Source: Alloprevotella sp.
GTDB taxonomy: Bacteria > Bacteroidota > Bacteroidia > Bacteroidales > Bacteroidaceae
Direction: 5' to 3'
Length of the DNA stretch: 64,000 nt
NCBI GenBank assembly: GCA_045639805.1
Contig: JAZUDS010000055.1
Coordinates: forward strand, 1,350-65,349
Numbering within the stretch: position 1 is the first letter of the stretch; the number at the start of each line of letters is the position of its first letter. A program made the translations under genes and the position numbers. The notes under the pieces are model-generated. The model had not been told where the DNA came from, searched no databases, and saw only the letters and a list, made by a program, of their open reading frames with translations. Shown here one piece after another: positions 59,935-64,000 of the stretch.

Positions 59935-61782
59935 TTATTTGTTCATCAGCTTGGTAAATTCTTTCACGAGCTCTGCCACCTTGAAGGGCTGTCCCTTCAC
60001 CTCGTTGTACTGCATGGGGCAGAAGCCATCCACCTTCATGCGGAGCCAGGCGGCCAGTTGGCCGGTGTTCTGCTCGGCCACGACTACTTTGGGGTAGCGG
60101 CGCAGCACCTCGGCGGTGTTTTTCGGCAAGGGGTTGATGTGGCGCAAGTGGGCGAGGGCCACCTTATGGCCGGCCTTGCGCAGGCGGTCCATCGTTTCGT
60201 GCAGATGGCCGTAGGTGCCTCCGAAGCCTACGATGAGGAGTTCGGCATCATCCTTGTCACCCACCACTTCGAGATCGGGCACGGGGATGTTGGCCACCTT
60301 CTTGGCGCGCAGTTCGGTCATGAGCTGGTGGTTGTCCGGGTCGGTGGAGATAACGCCGGTGTTGCTGTCCTTCTCCAGGCCGCCGAGGATGTGGGTGAAG
60401 CCTTCGCGGCCGGGCACGGCCCAGTAGCGGCTGCCGTTTTCGGCGCGCATATAGGGCGTCCACTTTCCGCGCAGTTCCTCGGGGACGAACGGCGGGTTGA
60501 TGGCGGGATACTTGTCCAGTTCGGGCAGGCGGAAGGCACCCGAGCCGTTGGCCACGTAGCCGTCGGTGAGGAGGATGACGGGCGTCATGTGCTCCAGGGC
60601 CATCTTGCAGGCCTCATAGGCGGCGTCGAAGCAGTCGGTGGGGCTCATGGTGGCAATCACGGGCAAGGGGCTCTCGCCGTTGCGGCCGAAGAGAGCCTGC
60701 AGCAAGTCGGTCTGTTCGCTCTTGGTGGGCAGACCGGTGGCGGGGCCGCCGCGCTGCACGTCGAGCACCACGAGCGGCAACTCCATAATCACGGCCAGGT
60801 TGATGGCCTCGCTCTTCAGGCACAGACCGGGGCCGGAGGTGGAGGTCACGCCCAGGGCACCGGCGAAGCTGGCACCTATGGCGCTGGCGCAGCCGGCGAT
60901 TTCGTCCTCACACTGCACCGTGGTCACGCCCAGGCTCTTGTGCTTGGCCAGTTCGTGCAGCACGTCGGTGGCGGGGGTGATGGGGTAGGAGCCCAGGTAG
61001 AGCTTCAGGCCGGCCTTCTCAGCGGCGGCGATGAAACCGTAGGCCGTGGCCTTGTTGCCCGTGATGTCCATATAGCGGCCGGGCACCTTGTGGCGGCTCT
61101 CAATGCGGTGCACGATGCCGGCCTTGGAGTGCGTGTTGTGGCCGAAGTCGTAGCCCGCCTGTATCACCTTGATGTTGGCCTCGGCAATGGCAGGCTTCTT
61201 CGCGAACTTCTCGCGCAGGAAATTGAAGGCTATGTCTATGTCGCGGTCGAAGAGCCAGCACACGAGGCCGAGGGCGAACATGTTGCGGCACTTCAGCATA
61301 CTCTTGTTATCCATTCCGCTGTCTTCGAGGCAGTGCTTCACCATCGTGGTGAGGGGGCAGGCAATGACGCGGTCGGGGTCGATGCCCATCTCGCTCAGGT
61401 AGTCCTCCGTCTGGAACTCGGCCTTCTTCAGGTCGGCAGGTCCGAAGGAGTCGGTGTCGATAATGATGGCCGAGCCGGGCTTGGCAAAGCGGTACTGCGT
61501 CTTCAGGGCTGCGGCGTTCATACACACGAGCACGTCGCACAGGTCGCCGGGCGTATAAACCTCATCGGCGCCAATGTGCACCTGGAAGCCGCTCACTCCC
61601 GTCAGGGAGCCTTGCGGAGCGCGAATGTCAGCGGGATAGTCGGGGAAAGTACTGATGCTGTTACCGACGGTAGCAGACACGGTGGAGAAAATGTTACCGG
61701 CAAGTTGCATGCCGTCACCAGAGTCGCCAGAGAAGCGCACCACGACGGTTTCAACTTCCTTGGCTTCTAATTCTTCTGCCAT
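59935..61782 (-). CDS. korA: 2-oxoacid:acceptor oxidoreductase alpha subunit
   Basis: SGDSGDGMQ, GSYPITPAT, EDEI, TSGPG, QRGGPATGLPTK. Confidence 0.93.
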   Translation of the reverse strand: MAEELEAKEVETVVVRFSGDSGDGMQLAGNIFSTVSATVGNSISTFPDYPADIRAPQGSLTGVSGFQVHIGADEVYTPGDLCDVLVCMNAAALKTQYRFAKPGSAIIIDTDSFGPADLKKAEFQTEDYLSEMGIDPDRVIACPLTTMVKHCLEDSGMDNKSMLKCRNMFALGLVCWLFDRDIDIAFNFLREKFAKKPAIAEANIKVIQAGYDFGHNTHSKAGIVHRIESRHKVPGRYMDITGNKATAYGFIAAAEKAGLKLYLGSYPITPATDVLHELAKHKSLGVTTVQCEDEIAGCASAIGASFAGALGVTSTSGPGLCLKSEAINLAVIMELPLVVLDVQRGGPATGLPTKSEQTDLLQALFGRNGESPLPVIATMSPTDCFDAAYEACKMALEHMTPVILLTDGYVANGSGAFRLPELDKYPAINPPFVPEELRGKWTPYMRAENGSRYWAVPGREGFTHILGGLEKDSNTGVISTDPDNHQLMTELRAKKVANIPVPDLEVVGDKDDAELLIVGFGGTYGHLHETMDRLRKAGHKVALAHLRHINPLPKNTAEVLRRYPKVVVAEQNTGQLAAWLRMKVDGFCPMQYNEVKGQPFKVAELVKEFTKLMNK

Positions 61783-62118
61783 TACGAAAAGTAGTTTTTT
61801 GGTAATATTATGGGGTTAATGATTTATTTCAATCTGCAAAGTAACTAAAAAGTTCCCATACATGCAAATTTTTCCCGCATAAACTGCCCTTTATCCCTCA
61901 AAACTGCAACTGCCACCCCCCTCTCTACACCTTATTTATAAATACTCGCCCGTGTATGCGCGCACCCGTGTGACCTTTTTCCGTCTTCCCCGCGTTGTGC
62001 CGAATGGGAATGATTTGCACGATTGTTGAAATTCATTTTTACACGTGCGGACACGTTTTTATGTGGGGAGTCACAAAGGCAAGGAGGATGGTAGGGTGGC
62101 CTAAGCATGAATGGGATG

Positions 62119-62148
62119 AAAAAGCCCCAAGGGGTACTTGGGGCTTTT
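62119..62148. terminator. Intrinsic terminator (bidirectional type)
   Basis: AAAAGCCCCAAG/CTTGGGGCTTTT stem. Confidence 0.75.
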
Positions 62149-62182
62149 GTATGGGCGTTGCTTTATGGCAACGGGTGAACGA

Positions 62183-62485
62183 TTACTTTTTGAGGTGTTT
62201 TCGCCAGGCGAAGAAGGGACGCGAACGGAGGTAGTCGAGGTTGCGCTCGTTGGCGTAGGCTTCGCGCTCGAAGGATATGTTGAGGTAGGCGGTGATGGCG
62301 CTACGATGGATGACGAGCCGCATGAGCCACTCCACGCCGTACCACAGGAAGAAGAACACGAAGAGCATCTCCAGCTGCTGACGCGTGTGGATGCGCTCGT
62401 GGTTGGTGGACACGGCGCTCAACTTACCGCGCGAGATGATGATGCCGCAAATGTTGATGGCGTAGAAGTTCTTGAAATATGACAT
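62183..62485 (-). CDS. Small HExxH-containing hypothetical protein
   Basis: NHERIHTRQQLE, WYGVEW, AYLNISFEREAY; start taken at MSYFKN. Confidence 0.8.
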   Translation of the reverse strand: MSYFKNFYAINICGIIISRGKLSAVSTNHERIHTRQQLEMLFVFFFLWYGVEWLMRLVIHRSAITAYLNISFEREAYANERNLDYLRSRPFFAWRKHLKK

Positions 62486-62566
62486 TATAAAGTGAAGAGT
62501 GAAAAGTGAAAAATGCAAAGTGAAAAATTAATGTATCTTTTCACTCTTTCCTTTTATTTGCTTTTT

Positions 62567-64000
62567 TTATATGGAGCAGTTTTTGAGGCTGCCGCTCTTG
62601 TAGGTGTAGGTGCCGTCGATGCTGATTATCTTTGAGGCTTTGACGGTGCTGGAGAGGTCGCGCTCAATGGTACCGCCGTCGAAGGTGAAGTTGCCCTTGA
62701 CCTTGATGCCGCGGCACTTGGAGGTGTCGTTGACATCGGCGGGATTGACGTATTCATCGCCGGTGGCGAGGAGATAGACATAGGGACGCTCGTTGCTGGC
62801 GGCGTTGGGGTCCTGCTGGATGAGGAGGTCGCCGCTGCCGACGTTGGCCACGGTGGTGCCCACGCTGAGGCCCTTGCTGCCGTCGCCGGTGCAGCGCAGA
62901 CGGAGGGTGCCGCCGGTGATGGTGGTGTGGCTCTCGCTCTTGATGCACTTGGTGTCGTCGCCACTGGCGGTGCAGTCGAGGGTGCCGCCGGAGATGATGA
63001 CTTGGCCGTTGTATTCGTCGGTGGTAGTCGTGGTGGCGCTTATGTCGAGATTGTCGCCAAGGACGTTTTTGAAGATGACATTGCCGTTGCGCTGCTCATA
63101 GTACTGCTCAACGTGCATGCCGTCGCTCTGGGCGCCAAGGATGTTGATGGTGCCGGTGAAGGAGTTTTTGAGTTGCGTGTATTCGTTGGAGGAGTAGGCG
63201 TGGCGCTGGGTGCCGGTGAGGTTGAGGGTGCCGGCGCCGCTGAACTCGGGGTGGCCCTTTATCCAGAAGGTGCTCTTGCGGAAGTTGTTGGCGCCGTCGC
63301 GGAAGGTGTTTTGCGAGCCGTCGGCCAGGAGAATGTTGATGCGCTTGCCGTTCTCTATCTCAAAGGGACAGGCGCTGCTCTCAAGGCTGATGCCTTCGAG
63401 AGAGACGGTGCACTTGTAGGCGCCAATCTGATGGAAGGAGCCGTCGGTGGAGGTGCCGGCGAGGTGGTAGGTGACCTCGGTGATGTCGGCCTGGTCGGTG
63501 GCCTCCTGAATGTCGGTGACGGTGATGTTGGCACCCTTCACTTCTGCGCTGATACGGGCGGCAAGTTCGCCGCTGATGCTCAGGCTGGCGGTGGCACCGT
63601 CATAGTGAGCATATACGCTGGCCTCTTCCTGGCCCAGTGCGGTGCCGATGAGGGTGGGGTAGTCCGTGAGGAGGAACTCCGTGCCGTCGATGACGAGTGC
63701 GTCGGGCTTGAAAGTCATCTCGGTGGCGGGGTTGAAGGGGTAGGAATAGCCAATGCCGGTGCCGGTGACTACGAGAGCGCCGTTCTGGACGTCGGCAAGG
63801 GTATTGATGGCGCGCTTGTCGTGGCGGCGGTGTGCCTTATTGGCCTCAAGGTCTGGCAGCTCGCGGTTGTCTTTCAGATACTTCTCTCCGTCGCGGATGT
63901 AGATGCCGCGCTCCTGTCCGTTGATGGAGGAGAGGGGACGGCCGAGGAGGTCGTAGGCCGTGGTCTGGGCCTTGTGCTGCGCGGCATAGGGGTCTTCGCC
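62567..64000 (-). CDS. Cthe_2159/DUF4353-like beta-helix carbohydrate-binding protein; 5' end lies outside the window
   Basis: The frame is open from 64000 to the stop at 62567; YHLAGTSTDGSF, GAGTLNLTG, ISGGTL, ITGGTL beta-helix repeats. Confidence 0.8.
   Translation of the reverse strand, partial: GEDPYAAQHKAQTTAYDLLGRPLSSINGQERGIYIRDGEKYLKDNRELPDLEANKAHRRHDKRAINTLADVQNGALVVTGTGIGYSYPFNPATEMTFKPDALVIDGTEFLLTDYPTLIGTALGQEEASVYAHYDGATASLSISGELAARISAEVKGANITVTDIQEATDQADITEVTYHLAGTSTDGSFHQIGAYKCTVSLEGISLESSACPFEIENGKRINILLADGSQNTFRDGANNFRKSTFWIKGHPEFSGAGTLNLTGTQRHAYSSNEYTQLKNSFTGTINILGAQSDGMHVEQYYEQRNGNVIFKNVLGDNLDISATTTTTDEYNGQVIISGGTLDCTASGDDTKCIKSESHTTITGGTLRLRCTGDGSKGLSVGTTVANVGSGDLLIQQDPNAASNERPYVYLLATGDEYVNPADVNDTSKCRGIKVKGNFTFDGGTIERDLSSTVKASKIISIDGTYTYKSGSLKNCSI

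Overview
A ~64 kb GC-rich chromosomal segment from a Bacteroidales bacterium (Prevotellaceae-like: TAnnTTTG -7 promoter boxes, T9SS C-terminal signals, Cys-less PurF). It is mostly housekeeping (yidC, phoH-purC-ubiE-aroE, glgB, kdsA-psd-pssA, purF-ddh, cdaA-folP, ackA, efp, prs, korAB) plus peptidases and secreted enzymes. There is no rRNA, tRNA, CRISPR array, integrase, transposase or reverse transcriptase. The strongest candidates for undescribed biology are: (1) a ~245-nt nested multi-stem RNA with a pseudoknot or switch core, transcribed from a mobile promoter into an AT-rich DUF2971-like gene (53183-54316); (2) a four-gene operon (PLP enzyme, cytidylyltransferase, CDP-alcohol phosphotransferase, flippase-like protein) suggesting a Kennedy-type amino-alcohol lipid headgroup pathway (24227-28071); (3) a cluster of apparent A-to-N substitutions in the most conserved glgB motif; (4) several non-autonomous repeat elements, including a hairpin promoter cassette in five copies. 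All family assignments come from motif recognition by eye, not database searches.
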